64,000 bases of DNA, taken from assembly GCA_964291655.2 (NCBI GenBank), contig OZ219802.1, positions 864,001-928,000 on the forward strand. The letters are read 5' to 3'. Under the pieces are notes generated by a model. The model made no database searches. It saw only the letters and a list, made by a program, of their open reading frames with translations, and was not told the DNA's origin. This document shows, one piece after another, positions 41,206-50,616 of this stretch (its first letter is position 1; the number at the start of each line of letters is the position of its first letter). The position numbers and the translations under genes were made by a program. Origin of the DNA: Chloroflexota bacterium (GTDB lineage Bacteria > Chloroflexota > UBA11872 > VXOZ01).

Positions 41206-42837
41206 ATGGCAAAGCAGGTAGTACTGAATGAAGAAGCCCGGCGCGCGCTAATGGGCGGCATCGAGAAGGTGGCCGACGCGGTCGAGTCCACTCTCGGTCC
41301 CAAGGGGCGCAACGTAGCACTGGGCAAGAAGTACGGCGCGCCGGTAGTGACCCACGACGGTGTCACTGTCGCCAAGGAAATCGAACTCGAGGATGGGCTT
41401 GAGAACGTCGGCGCCCAACTCATCAAGGAAGCAGCCAGCAAGACTAACGACATTGCCGGTGACGGCACCACGACCGCGACCGTGCTGGCGCACACCCTCA
41501 TTACCGAGGGACACCGCAACGTGGTCGCCGGTGTTAATCCCATGATCATGAAGCGCGGTCTGGAGCACGCCACCCGCGTCGTGGTCGACGAGCTTCGGAA
41601 CATTGCCACACCCGTTACGGGCAGAGCCCAGGTTGCCGAAGTTGCCTCAATCTCCGCAGCCGATAGCGAAATTGGCGACCTTATTGGCGACGTGATGGAC
41701 AAGGTCGGCAAAGACGGCGTCATCACGGTGGAAGAAGGTCGCGGAATCGGCTTTTCCGTCGAATTCGTGGAAGGCATGGAGTTCGACCGGGGCTACATCT
41801 CCCCGTACTTTGTAACTAACTCCGACCGCATGGAAGCCTCTATCGAGGACCCGTACATCTTCATCACCGACAAGAAGCTCAGCGCTGGCAACGACGTGCT
41901 GCCGCTACTTGAGAAATTCGTGCAAGCCGGCCAGAAGAACCTGGTAGTCATTGCCGAAGATGTCGAGGGCGAAGCCCTGGCAATGTTCGTCGTCAACAAG
42001 ATGCGCGGTGTGTTGAACTGCGTCGCCCTGAAGGCTCCCGGCTACGGCGATCGCCGCAAAGAGATGCTGCAGGATATGGCAGTCCTCACCGGCGGTCAGG
42101 TGATCTCCGAAGAGCTGGGTCGACGCCTCGACCAAGTTGCGCTTGAGGACCTCGGTCGCGCCCGTCGCGTCGTTTCCGATAAGGACAACACGACGTTTGT
42201 CGAGGGCCACGGTGACTCTGAGGAAGTCAAGGGTCGCATCAACCAGATCAAGGCTCAGGTTGAAGAGACCACGAGCGACTACGACCGCGAGAAGTTGGAA
42301 GAGCGCGTAGCCAAGATGTCCGGCGGCGTGGCCGTAATCAACGTGGGCGCGGCCACCGAAGTCGAGTTGAAAGAGAAGAAGCACCGCGTCGAGGATGCAC
42401 TCTCGGCGACGCGCGCTGCAGTTGAGGAAGGTATCGTCCCCGGTGGCGGCATTGCTCTGCTCAATGCTCTGCCCGCGCTGGACGGCCTAAAGCTCGACGG
42501 TGATGAAGCCGTGGCGGTGACGATCATGCGCCGCGCACTCGAAGCGCCGATCCGGCGCATCGCGCAGAATGCCGGCCAGGACGGCTCCGTCATTGCCCAA
42601 GAGGTTCGCCGCTTGGCCAAGAGCCGCCGCAACAAGAACGTTGGTTTCAACGTCCTCTCCGCTGAGTATGTTGACATGATCGAGTCGGGCATAATCGACC
42701 CGTTGAAGGTCACCCGCTCGGCAGTCGAGAACGCGGCTTCGGTCGCAGCCATGGTACTGACCACGGATGCGCTGGTGGTTGACATTCCCGAACCGCCGGC
42801 ACCCGCACCCGCCGAAGGCGAAGGGATGCCTTACTAG
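41206..42837 (+). CDS. groEL: Chaperonin GroEL
   Basis: [35 protein letters not shown]. Confidence 0.99.
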   Translation: MAKQVVLNEEARRALMGGIEKVADAVESTLGPKGRNVALGKKYGAPVVTHDGVTVAKEIELEDGLENVGAQLIKEAASKTNDIAGDGTTTATVLAHTLITEGHRNVVAGVNPMIMKRGLEHATRVVVDELRNIATPVTGRAQVAEVASISAADSEIGDLIGDVMDKVGKDGVITVEEGRGIGFSVEFVEGMEFDRGYISPYFVTNSDRMEASIEDPYIFITDKKLSAGNDVLPLLEKFVQAGQKNLVVIAEDVEGEALAMFVVNKMRGVLNCVALKAPGYGDRRKEMLQDMAVLTGGQVISEELGRRLDQVALEDLGRARRVVSDKDNTTFVEGHGDSEEVKGRINQIKAQVEETTSDYDREKLEERVAKMSGGVAVINVGAATEVELKEKKHRVEDALSATRAAVEEGIVPGGGIALLNALPALDGLKLDGDEAVAVTIMRRALEAPIRRIAQNAGQDGSVIAQEVRRLAKSRRNKNVGFNVLSAEYVDMIESGIIDPLKVTRSAVENAASVAAMVLTTDALVVDIPEPPAPAPAEGEGMPY

Positions 42838-42867
42838 GGCAACCTGTTCTCAGTTCTGAGAATTTCA

Positions 42868-42902
42868 AAGGGGCTCCCCCAATCGGGGAGCCCCTTCGTT
42901 TT
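42868..42902 (+). terminator. Intrinsic terminator after groEL
   Basis: aaggggctcccc/ggggagcccctt stem followed by cgtttt. Confidence 0.8.
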
Positions 42903-43081
42903 GCCGCTGGGGAAGCGTGATGGCGTCTCTTGCCTCATTGAAAGCTTCGATTCACTCTCAGACCGTTTCCCCAACACGTACCAATATTCCGGTCGGCATC
43001 CTCTGTTGCAAAATTACTGCACACCGGAGTGAATGATGCATTCTCCTGGCCCAACTACTCCGTACTGATGCTCTGGATTAA

Positions 43082-43263
43082 CGGTAGCACAGGTTTGCAA
43101 CCTGTGGTCTTCCCGTCGCATTGGCACGATCGCCCAATTAACAAAAAGATAGCGCAGAGCCTGCCCCGTACATATAACGGGGTTGCAGACGTGCCCTCAG
43201 CCTGTCGAAGGGCCTCCGCTACCGGGGCTTGTGCCCATCGATGCAACTCTGTCGAACCATTAG
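43082..43263. mobile_element. Partial MITE (family C); its end overlaps the stop codon of the DMG oxidase gene
   Basis: Colinear with 47483-47741; ends tgtcgaaccattag; left TIR not found. Confidence 0.65.
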
Positions 43264-45710
43264 CTTCGCAGCCTGACGTGGCTGGGGTCGAACAACGGTT
43301 CTTCCGTTACCGTAGCCTCGTACCGCCTGCCAAAGTATTCTATGGTTAGCTTGGTTCCCGCAGTGGCATATTCAATTGGCACGTAGCCATAGGCAATGCT
43401 CTTGCCAACGGTGTACCCAAAATTGGCGCTGGTTACGTATCCTATCACGCGCTCACCGTCGATGATGGGCTCCTTACCCATGACCACGTGGCTGGGATCG
43501 TCCAAAGTGAGACTGCAGAGTCGCCGCTCGATGCCCGCTTCCCGGCTGCGCATGAGGGCCTCGCGGCCAACAAAGTCACCTTTATTGAGCTTCACTGCCC
43601 AGCCCAAGCCGGCCTCGTATGGATTGTATTCCGTGTGAATGTCCGCGCCCCACAAGCGATATCCCTTCTCCAAGCGCAGCGAGTCGAATGCCCCACCGCC
43701 GGCCGCAATCATGCCAAAGGGCTGTCCCGCTTTCCAAAGGGCATCCCATGTGCCCAGGCCGTACTCGGTAGGGACATAGATCTCCCAACCCAGTTCGCCG
43801 ACATAAGAAACACGCAAGGCGCGGGCAGGCGCGCTACCGATAGAAAGCGCTTTGCTCGAAAAGTACGGAAATGCGCGGTTCGATACATTGTCTGCGCACA
43901 CCCGCTGCAAGACATTGCGTGCTCGCGGCCCCCACAAGCCAATACCGCAGTACTCTGACGTGACGTCGTCGATGGTCACCGAATCGTCCGATGGCGCATG
44001 GCTGCGCAGCCACGCCAGGTCCCGTATCCCGCTGGCGCCGCCGGTGAGCACGAGAAAGCGGTCTCTTGCGAGCCGTGTGAGCGTGAGATCGCACTGGATG
44101 CCGCCATTCCGGTTGAGCATCGCCGTGTAGACGACCTTGCCCACCGGGCGGTCGACCTGGTTCGCGCTGATAGCTTGAAGAAAGGCCAGCGCGTCGGGCC
44201 CGCTGACCTCCAGCTTCGTGAAGGCCGTCAGGTCATACATGGCTACGCGCTCGCGGGTAGCACGGTGCTCGCCTGCCTGAATGGGGCTCCAGTGCTGGGC
44301 CTCCCAGCCGGTCCGATTCGGCGCAGCATCATCTGCAATGAGGTCTTTATTTGCTGCAAACCATTGCGGGCGTTCCCAGCCGGCGCTCTCAAAGAAGACG
44401 GCTCCAAGCGCTTCCAATCGCGGTTGAAACGGACTGCACCGCACGTTGCGGGGGGTCTCTAGCTGCTGCTGGGGGTGGATGATATCGTAGACCTCGCGGT
44501 ACTGTTGCGCGCCGCGGGCCCTTACATATGCCGGCGTGTGCGCGTGAGCCGGGAACCGGCTGTAATCCGCCTCCCGCAGATCAAGGCTCGGTATGCCTTC
44601 CGCCATCCATTCCGCAACCACGCTGCCCACACCGCCGCCATGCGTGATCCACACTGCTTCAGCGATCCATAGTCCATCTACCTGCGGCGCTTCACCCAGG
44701 ATGGGCAGGCCGTCGGGCGTGAACGAGAACATGCCGTTGAAGGCATCAGTCAACTCCAAGTCACGCAGGGCAGGGATGAGCTCGCCAGCCGCCTGTCGCG
44801 CGACGGCAAAGTGCTCCGGCGTAAAGTCCATCATGGCTGGGGCGCGCTCTGCTTCCGCGGGGCTGAGAATGTCGTCCGCCTCCACCGACAAGGGTTCGTG
44901 CTTGTAATTCCCGATGCCGTAGCAGTCGCCTTCCTGGCGAAAGTACATGGCGTAGTCCTGATGCCGCACGATGGGATGGACGACCTCGCGAGTCTCTCCC
45001 TGCAGAGCGGGCAACGGAGTTGTGCGCGTGTATTGGTGCTGCACTGGCAACAATGGGATTGAGACACCCGCCATGCGCCCGACACGCGGCCCCCAGATAC
45101 CAGCGCAAATGAGCACCTGGTCGGCAGCAATGCGGCCTGCCGTGGTCTCCACCGCTTGCACGCGCCCGCCCTCGACCACGATGTCGGTGACCACGGTATT
45201 TCCATAGAATGCGGCGCCGTGCGCTTCTGAATAGCGCGACATCGCCTCCGCCGCGCGCACGGGCTTAGCAATACCGTCGCTGGGCACGTAGTAGGCGCCG
45301 TGGATTACGCTGGGGTTCAGCAGCGGCACGAGGTCGTGCGTCTCTTGAGGAGAAACCAGGCGGGCGTCTAGTCCGTATGACTTGGCAAATCCCAGTTTGC
45401 GGTGCAGGTCCTGCCAGCGCGCCTCAGTATACGCCACCTCCAAGCTGCCCACACCGTACCAGCAGGGCTCGCCGTCCAGCACAAGATCGCAGTAGAGTTC
45501 AACCGTTTCCTTGGCAAGCGTGGTCATGAGCTTGGAAGCGTTGGTTTGGAACACGAGGCCGGGGGCATGGGAGGACGAACCGCCGGTGTCGAACAGCGGC
45601 CCTTGATCCACCACTACGATATCTCGCCAGCCGCGCTTCGTGAGGTGATAGGCGACGCTGCACCCCACAATGCCGGCGCCAATGATGACAAGACGCGCAT
45701 GCGACTGCAC
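43260..45710 (-). CDS. Dimethylglycine oxidase/dehydrogenase (FAD oxidoreductase + GcvT folate domain)
   Basis: GAGIVG, GGSSSHAPG, FSFTPDG, EAVWITH, GWERP.W, SLRLEKGY. Confidence 0.9.
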   Translation of the reverse strand: MQSHARLVIIGAGIVGCSVAYHLTKRGWRDIVVVDQGPLFDTGGSSSHAPGLVFQTNASKLMTTLAKETVELYCDLVLDGEPCWYGVGSLEVAYTEARWQDLHRKLGFAKSYGLDARLVSPQETHDLVPLLNPSVIHGAYYVPSDGIAKPVRAAEAMSRYSEAHGAAFYGNTVVTDIVVEGGRVQAVETTAGRIAADQVLICAGIWGPRVGRMAGVSIPLLPVQHQYTRTTPLPALQGETREVVHPIVRHQDYAMYFRQEGDCYGIGNYKHEPLSVEADDILSPAEAERAPAMMDFTPEHFAVARQAAGELIPALRDLELTDAFNGMFSFTPDGLPILGEAPQVDGLWIAEAVWITHGGGVGSVVAEWMAEGIPSLDLREADYSRFPAHAHTPAYVRARGAQQYREVYDIIHPQQQLETPRNVRCSPFQPRLEALGAVFFESAGWERPQWFAANKDLIADDAAPNRTGWEAQHWSPIQAGEHRATRERVAMYDLTAFTKLEVSGPDALAFLQAISANQVDRPVGKVVYTAMLNRNGGIQCDLTLTRLARDRFLVLTGGASGIRDLAWLRSHAPSDDSVTIDDVTSEYCGIGLWGPRARNVLQRVCADNVSNRAFPYFSSKALSIGSAPARALRVSYVGELGWEIYVPTEYGLGTWDALWKAGQPFGMIAAGGGAFDSLRLEKGYRLWGADIHTEYNPYEAGLGWAVKLNKGDFVGREALMRSREAGIERRLCSLTLDDPSHVVMGKEPIIDGERVIGYVTSANFGYTVGKSIAYGYVPIEYATAGTKLTIEYFGRRYEATVTEEPLFDPSHVRLRS

Positions 45711-45902
45711 GGTGGGCTCTCCTCTGTAAATTCTAAGTTACCTGATCAACCGAAATCTCAAGCAATGAGGTCTTGCGGTCGCTGCCTGAATGTCAAGGCG
45801 TCTACAGGCGGCTGCCTTGGCTATCCCGTGTGACGACGCTCCCGTTAGCGGCGGCATGCAGCCGCGGGCTTCAGGAAAACCCCTCACCCTTGCCCTCTCC
45901 CC

Positions 45903-47167
45903 TGTACAGACCGGGGACATAGGTAACAGATGTTCGGGTAGATAGGTTACACATTTTGTGCTCTGAGGTCTATGGTTTTTACTCTTTGGATCGAGAAGTA
46001 CACGTCCCAGACACCGTCCGTTCGGGTGGGTCGCAGGGCGACTTGCTTGTGCGTGAAGGCCCTGCCCACACGGAGCCGTCTGCCTTGGAAGGAGATGCGG
46101 CCGGAGACATCGACGCTGCGTACGCGGTCGTCGGGAGCGTAGGCGAGGGCAGGCAAGGTCTCTGGGAAAGGGCGAGGACTAGGCGTGTATCTGGTAATGG
46201 GAGTGTCGAGATCGAGGGCATGGTGTGGGCGTTCCAAGTTGTAGAAGTGGCGCCAGGTGTCAAAGGCGCGCTGGCAATGGTCCAGGTCGGTAAAGGTGGT
46301 CCCTGCCAGCAGTTCGCTCTTGAGGGAGCGGTGGAAGCGTTCCAGCTTGCCGAGTGTCTGGGGATGGTAGGGTCGGCTGTGCAGGACGTTGATGCCCAGC
46401 TGCATGAGCCAGACGGTGAGGGGCGTGAAGGGCTGGGCACTGTCGTTACCCCAGGGAGAGCCGTTGTCCATGAGCATGGCCTGGGGCAAGCCGTAGCGGC
46501 GAAAGACAGCGGTGAGGCGGTCTTGGACCGTCTCTCCCCGCTCGTTGGCACAGGCCTGTAACCCGAGGTTGAAGCGGGAGTGATCGTCTAGGAGGGTGAG
46601 AGGATGACAGCGGTTCTGCTGCATGACGAAATGTCCCTTGAAGTCCATCTGCCACAGCTCGTTGGGCTGGGGTCGTTCGAAGCGCACATGGGGCGTGTGC
46701 TTGGCGCTCTGGGCTGGATCGATGAGCCCATGGCGTTTGAGAATGGCATTGATGGTGCTCTTGGCCGGCACGTCGGTATGCCCCTGGTCCTGCAGCATTC
46801 TGCGCAGCACATGGGCGCCCTTCGTAGGATGCGCCAGACGCAGCGCGATGATGCGTTCCTCCATCGCCGGGCGCGTGCGGTGCGGACACGTGTGCGTGCG
46901 GTGCGAACGGTCACGCAGGCTCTGCGCTCCCCCCGACGCGTACCGCCGCAACCACTTGTAGCCAGTCTTGCGGCTGATGTTGAACCGACCGCACAATTCG
47001 CTCATTCTCACCGCGCCACTATTGGCCAGAGCAATAAACTCTTCCCGGGCAGACATAAGCGTTTCCACCTTCCACGACATGGTCATCCTCCCGCTGCAAG
47101 ATTCTCCATGCCTATAGGTGTAACCTATCAACCCGAACAAGCGTTACCCATCAACCCGGTCTATACA
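45903..47167 (-). mobile_element. IS481-family insertion sequence (1265 bp) inserted in a REP
   Basis: TGTA(C/T)AGACCGGG TIRs; 6-bp CTCCCC direct repeats at 45897-45902 and 47168-47173. Confidence 0.95.
45947..47080 (-). CDS. IS481-family DDE transposase
   Basis: MSWK..,ISRKTGYKWL HTH, LWQMDFKG, DNG, PQTLGKLERFH, YN..RPH; stop codon lies in the end repeat. Confidence 0.95.
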   Translation of the reverse strand: MSWKVETLMSAREEFIALANSGAVRMSELCGRFNISRKTGYKWLRRYASGGAQSLRDRSHRTHTCPHRTRPAMEERIIALRLAHPTKGAHVLRRMLQDQGHTDVPAKSTINAILKRHGLIDPAQSAKHTPHVRFERPQPNELWQMDFKGHFVMQQNRCHPLTLLDDHSRFNLGLQACANERGETVQDRLTAVFRRYGLPQAMLMDNGSPWGNDSAQPFTPLTVWLMQLGINVLHSRPYHPQTLGKLERFHRSLKSELLAGTTFTDLDHCQRAFDTWRHFYNLERPHHALDLDTPITRYTPSPRPFPETLPALAYAPDDRVRSVDVSGRISFQGRRLRVGRAFTHKQVALRPTRTDGVWDVYFSIQRVKTIDLRAQNV

Positions 47168-47225
47168 CTCCCCCAGGGAGAGGGTACAGAGTGCGGTTCC
47201 CAGTGTGCAAGGTACGGCTCCGGTT

Positions 47226-47472
47226 CCCTCTCCTGGGGGAGAGGGTTAGGGTGAGGGCGAATCTTCACTGTTCCAGCCCGATTCCGCGTGCCCGTTAGAA
47301 TTTCGCAAAACCCTCCCTGCGGAGAGGTCGCTTTTGCACCTTCCGATCCGGGTAGTGCAAGGGTCTCTCCGCAGGAGCGGGAAGAACCAAACTCCTCAAT
47401 GGGGCCGCGCGCTATTGCCGGTGCAAGGGCGCTCCTCGTCAACAAGCCGTAGCGCGGGGGCTTGTCCCCCGC
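47226..47472. repeat. REP cluster (CCCTCACCC-type hairpin, decayed MITE-like palindrome, GTAG REP 47449-47472)
   Basis: ccctctcctgggggagagggttagggtgaggg; gtagcgcgggggcttgtcccccgc. Confidence 0.7.
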
Positions 47473-47482
47473 CTCTTGGTGC

Positions 47483-47741
47483 CTAGTAGTTCGACATTTT
47501 TGCATTGATGGGCAGGAACACCGGTAGCACAGGTTTGTAACCTGTGCCCAGCCCCGCGGTCTCGTGTGCTCGCTCCACGCTACGGCAAGATGGCGCAGAG
47601 CCTGCCCCGTGCGTGACACGGGGTTGCAAACGTGTACTGAGCACTTCGGCACAGGCCTGTGCTGAGCCTGTCGAAGCGCTCAGTACAGACTCTGTCGAAG
47701 GAACTACGCTACCTATCAATACAATCGTGTTGAACTACTAA
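47483..47741. mobile_element. MITE (family C) with about 33-bp imperfect TIRs and nested REPs
   Basis: ctagtagttcgaca...tgttgaactactaa; inverted homologue at 58140-58393. Confidence 0.8.
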
Positions 47742-47769
47742 GGTGTCATTTGCTCTCAGGGCCGGCTTC

Positions 47770-48744
47770 TCAGCTCTCCTGACGCCGTACCCAGTTAAAC
47801 TCCGTCTCGCTCATGGGCTTGTCGGGATCCGGCTGCCAAACCGCTTCCTCTTCAAATTTGCCGAGAACTTTGGCCATCTCGCGGACGTGCATGGCAACCG
47901 TTCCACAACAGGCGCCGATGAAATTCACACCCATGGCTTTCGACTTCAGCGCATAGTCCGCCATTTCATAGCGGGTCATCTGCGTCGGTTCGAGCTTGTC
48001 CGGGAATGCCGAAGTACCCGTAAACCATGGCACCTCGTCGCTGGTGCGGTGCGCCACCGGCTGGGCGGCAATGTAGGCATCGGTCGCACCACGCATCTCC
48101 TCAAGAATGGGATACGTGTGCACGGGGTCGCGCATGCAGTTCGCGCCGACAATCTCCGCCCCCGCATCCGCCAGCATGCGCGCGCAATCGGCAGCGGAAT
48201 AACCGTCGTCCGTTTCCGTTGTTGCGCGGAATGACATGGTAATCATGGCGGGCAAGTTTGACTTGGCCTTGATGCGCTCTAGGCAGAGCAACGCCTCGCC
48301 CAAATGCCAGAAGGTCTCACCAATGAAAAAGTCTACGCCTTCTTGCGCCTCAATCTGCTCGTCGAATATACCGGCAATCGCGGCATTGCCGGTGGGATTG
48401 TCTGCTTCCCACTTCCACGTCGCGCTGAGATCACCGGCCACAAGCGCTTTGTCACCGGCCACGTCTTTCGCAATCTGTGTAGTTTTCTGATTGATCTCGA
48501 AAGTCCGGTCGGCCTGGCCCACGGTCTCGAGCTTGCTGCGACTGCCGTAAAATGCCATAACCTGCAAGACTTCCGAACCGGCCCGCAAGAATTCGACGTG
48601 CATCTCACGAATTGCGCTCGGGTATTCCAACGCCAGTTCGGGAGTGAATGCTCCAGCGATGACATAGCCACGCTTCTCAAGTTCAACAATGTAGCCGCCG
48701 TCACCGAGTACGACGTCTTTCTCCAACATCTGCAAGATGCCCAT
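47770..48744 (-). CDS. Homocysteine S-methyltransferase, betaine-homocysteine methyltransferase-like
   Basis: LGDGGY..ELEKRGY..AGAFTPE, EFLRAGS.VLQ, GANC, GACCG zinc ligands, LEP...TRYEM. Confidence 0.88.
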   Translation of the reverse strand: MGILQMLEKDVVLGDGGYIVELEKRGYVIAGAFTPELALEYPSAIREMHVEFLRAGSEVLQVMAFYGSRSKLETVGQADRTFEINQKTTQIAKDVAGDKALVAGDLSATWKWEADNPTGNAAIAGIFDEQIEAQEGVDFFIGETFWHLGEALLCLERIKAKSNLPAMITMSFRATTETDDGYSAADCARMLADAGAEIVGANCMRDPVHTYPILEEMRGATDAYIAAQPVAHRTSDEVPWFTGTSAFPDKLEPTQMTRYEMADYALKSKAMGVNFIGACCGTVAMHVREMAKVLGKFEEEAVWQPDPDKPMSETEFNWVRRQES

Positions 48745-48915
48745 TTTCGTTGGCTCTCCCTTCTAGGTCAATCTTCCCCACGCCAAGCAACGAGTTTCGC
48801 CGCCGTGCCGCGCCCACGAGGACGCGAGGCGGGGCGCAATCATAGCTCTCTTTGCATGCAACTCCTTCCAACCGCACCCTAGAGGAAAAGTCACCAACGG
48901 CGCTGGGCGCGGCAA

Positions 48916-50214
48916 CTACGCCACGCGCGCCGGATCCAGTAACGCGCTGGGTACCGCCGACATGACCTTGCGCAGTCCGGCGGCAACGTCACGCGCGTCC
49001 TGTTCCGTCCAGTCCATGCTGAGATGGTATTCACAAACACGCGGCATAAGTTCCTCCGCCCGCGGGCAGAGGCCGGGGCCGTAGTCCACACTGCCGGCAT
49101 AGAGACGCGGGTCCCACGGCGACACGCCCTGGTGCCACATGCGTTTTTCCACAATCGGCTCATGCATGTAGACCGGCACGCCGCCGTAGGGAAACTTGAT
49201 CGGCACACCTTCCGCCGCGAGCGCCTGTCTGGCCCACGCGCAGAGTTCTGCCGTATCGAAGACAAACCCTGGACTGACACCGGTATCACCCCTGGGATCC
49301 GCCAAAGGCCTCACGCGTACGCCTGGCAAGCCGCTCACACCCTCTTTGATGATGCCGCCGAGGTGGCGTACGTGCGCGCGCAGCCGCTCCAGCTTTTGCA
49401 CCTGCTCCAGCAACACCGCGGCCGTGAGCTCGCTCATGCGGTAGTTCTCGCCGAAGAACGGCGCCAAGTCCGCGCCTTCACTCTTGCGGGGCGTGCCCTG
49501 GTCCTGGCAGGCGACGGCGCGTTGGTGAAGGACGGGATCATTGGTGACGACCATGCCGCCCTCACCGGCAGAGATCACCTTGTTCATCTGGAAGCTGAAG
49601 ATGTTTATGTCACCCAGCCCGCCGACGAACCGGCCGTGATACTGCGCGCCAAACGACTGGGCGCAGTCCTCCAGAATAGCCACCCCATGTCGTTTACCCA
49701 CTTCGAGTAACGGCTGCAGATCGGCGGCCGCACCGCGCCAGTGCACCACCATCACGGCCCGCGTGCGCGGTGTGATGACGCGCTCGACACTTTCGGCGGA
49801 AATGCTCACAGTTTCGTCTAGGTCGGCGAAAATCGGCACTGCCTGGCACGCGACCACGGCGTTTACACAACCGTAGAAGGTGGCGGCAGGCACGATCACC
49901 TCGTCGCCGGGTCCCACGCCGAGCGCGCGGAGCGCCACAATCAGCGCCGCCGTGCCTGAGGTCACGCCCACGGCGTGCTCCATGCCGATGAGCGAAGCGA
50001 CCCTCTGCTCCAGCTCATTCACTTTGTACGCCGGGTCGGGACCGTAATAGCGAAACGGCGAGCGCCGCTCCAAGACCTCATTCACGGCCCGCTTCTCTTC
50101 CTCACCGATAATAGTTGCGCCCGGGTACGCTCCCGGCAGCGGCGTCGTGCGCACCGGCGCGCCGCCGTCAATTGCTAACTGTCCACTCATAGGCCACTCT
50201 CTTTTTTGAGACAT
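48916..50214 (-). CDS. DegT/DnrJ/EryC1/StrS PLP aminotransferase
   Basis: SGTAAL, GDEVIVP, EDCAQ, FSFQMNKVISAGEGG, GENYRMSE; start may be 50190. Confidence 0.92.
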   Translation of the reverse strand: MSQKREWPMSGQLAIDGGAPVRTTPLPGAYPGATIIGEEEKRAVNEVLERRSPFRYYGPDPAYKVNELEQRVASLIGMEHAVGVTSGTAALIVALRALGVGPGDEVIVPAATFYGCVNAVVACQAVPIFADLDETVSISAESVERVITPRTRAVMVVHWRGAAADLQPLLEVGKRHGVAILEDCAQSFGAQYHGRFVGGLGDINIFSFQMNKVISAGEGGMVVTNDPVLHQRAVACQDQGTPRKSEGADLAPFFGENYRMSELTAAVLLEQVQKLERLRAHVRHLGGIIKEGVSGLPGVRVRPLADPRGDTGVSPGFVFDTAELCAWARQALAAEGVPIKFPYGGVPVYMHEPIVEKRMWHQGVSPWDPRLYAGSVDYGPGLCPRAEELMPRVCEYHLSMDWTEQDARDVAAGLRKVMSAVPSALLDPARVA

Positions 50215-50293
50215 TCTTATAGCTCAGGCAAGGAGCGAAAACCTCCCTCAAGGACACCTTTGCATAACCGTCGGAAAGCTCCCTCTCCCTCGA

Positions 50294-50529
50294 GGAGACC
50301 TTTGCGCAACTCAAGCGGTAGCGAAATAGTTCCCTCTCCCTCGACGGGAGAGGGCTAGGGTGAGGGTGGATCTCCTGAAATCTCTCCATATGCACACCAA
50401 ATCTGCCCTGATACGTCTTGACACTGACCAGCGTAAAGGGCCATCGTAGCAAGAAGACCCCCTCACCCCAACCCTCTCCCCCAGGAGAGGGAGTGCCCTG
50501 CTTGAAAGTGGGGTTATGCAAAGGTCTCC
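50294..50529. mobile_element. MITE (family A) in a REP loop, containing two uninterrupted REPs
   Basis: ggagacctttgcgcaac / gttatgcaaaggtctcc; TCGA duplicated at 50290-50293 and 50530-50533. Confidence 0.82.
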
Positions 50530-50616
50530 TCGAGGGAGAGGGCCGGGGTGTGGGTGTATCTCCGCAATCCGGCTCACTCCCACGGTCTTGGCACAGTCAA
50601 GCCAAGGTCTCCTTAT

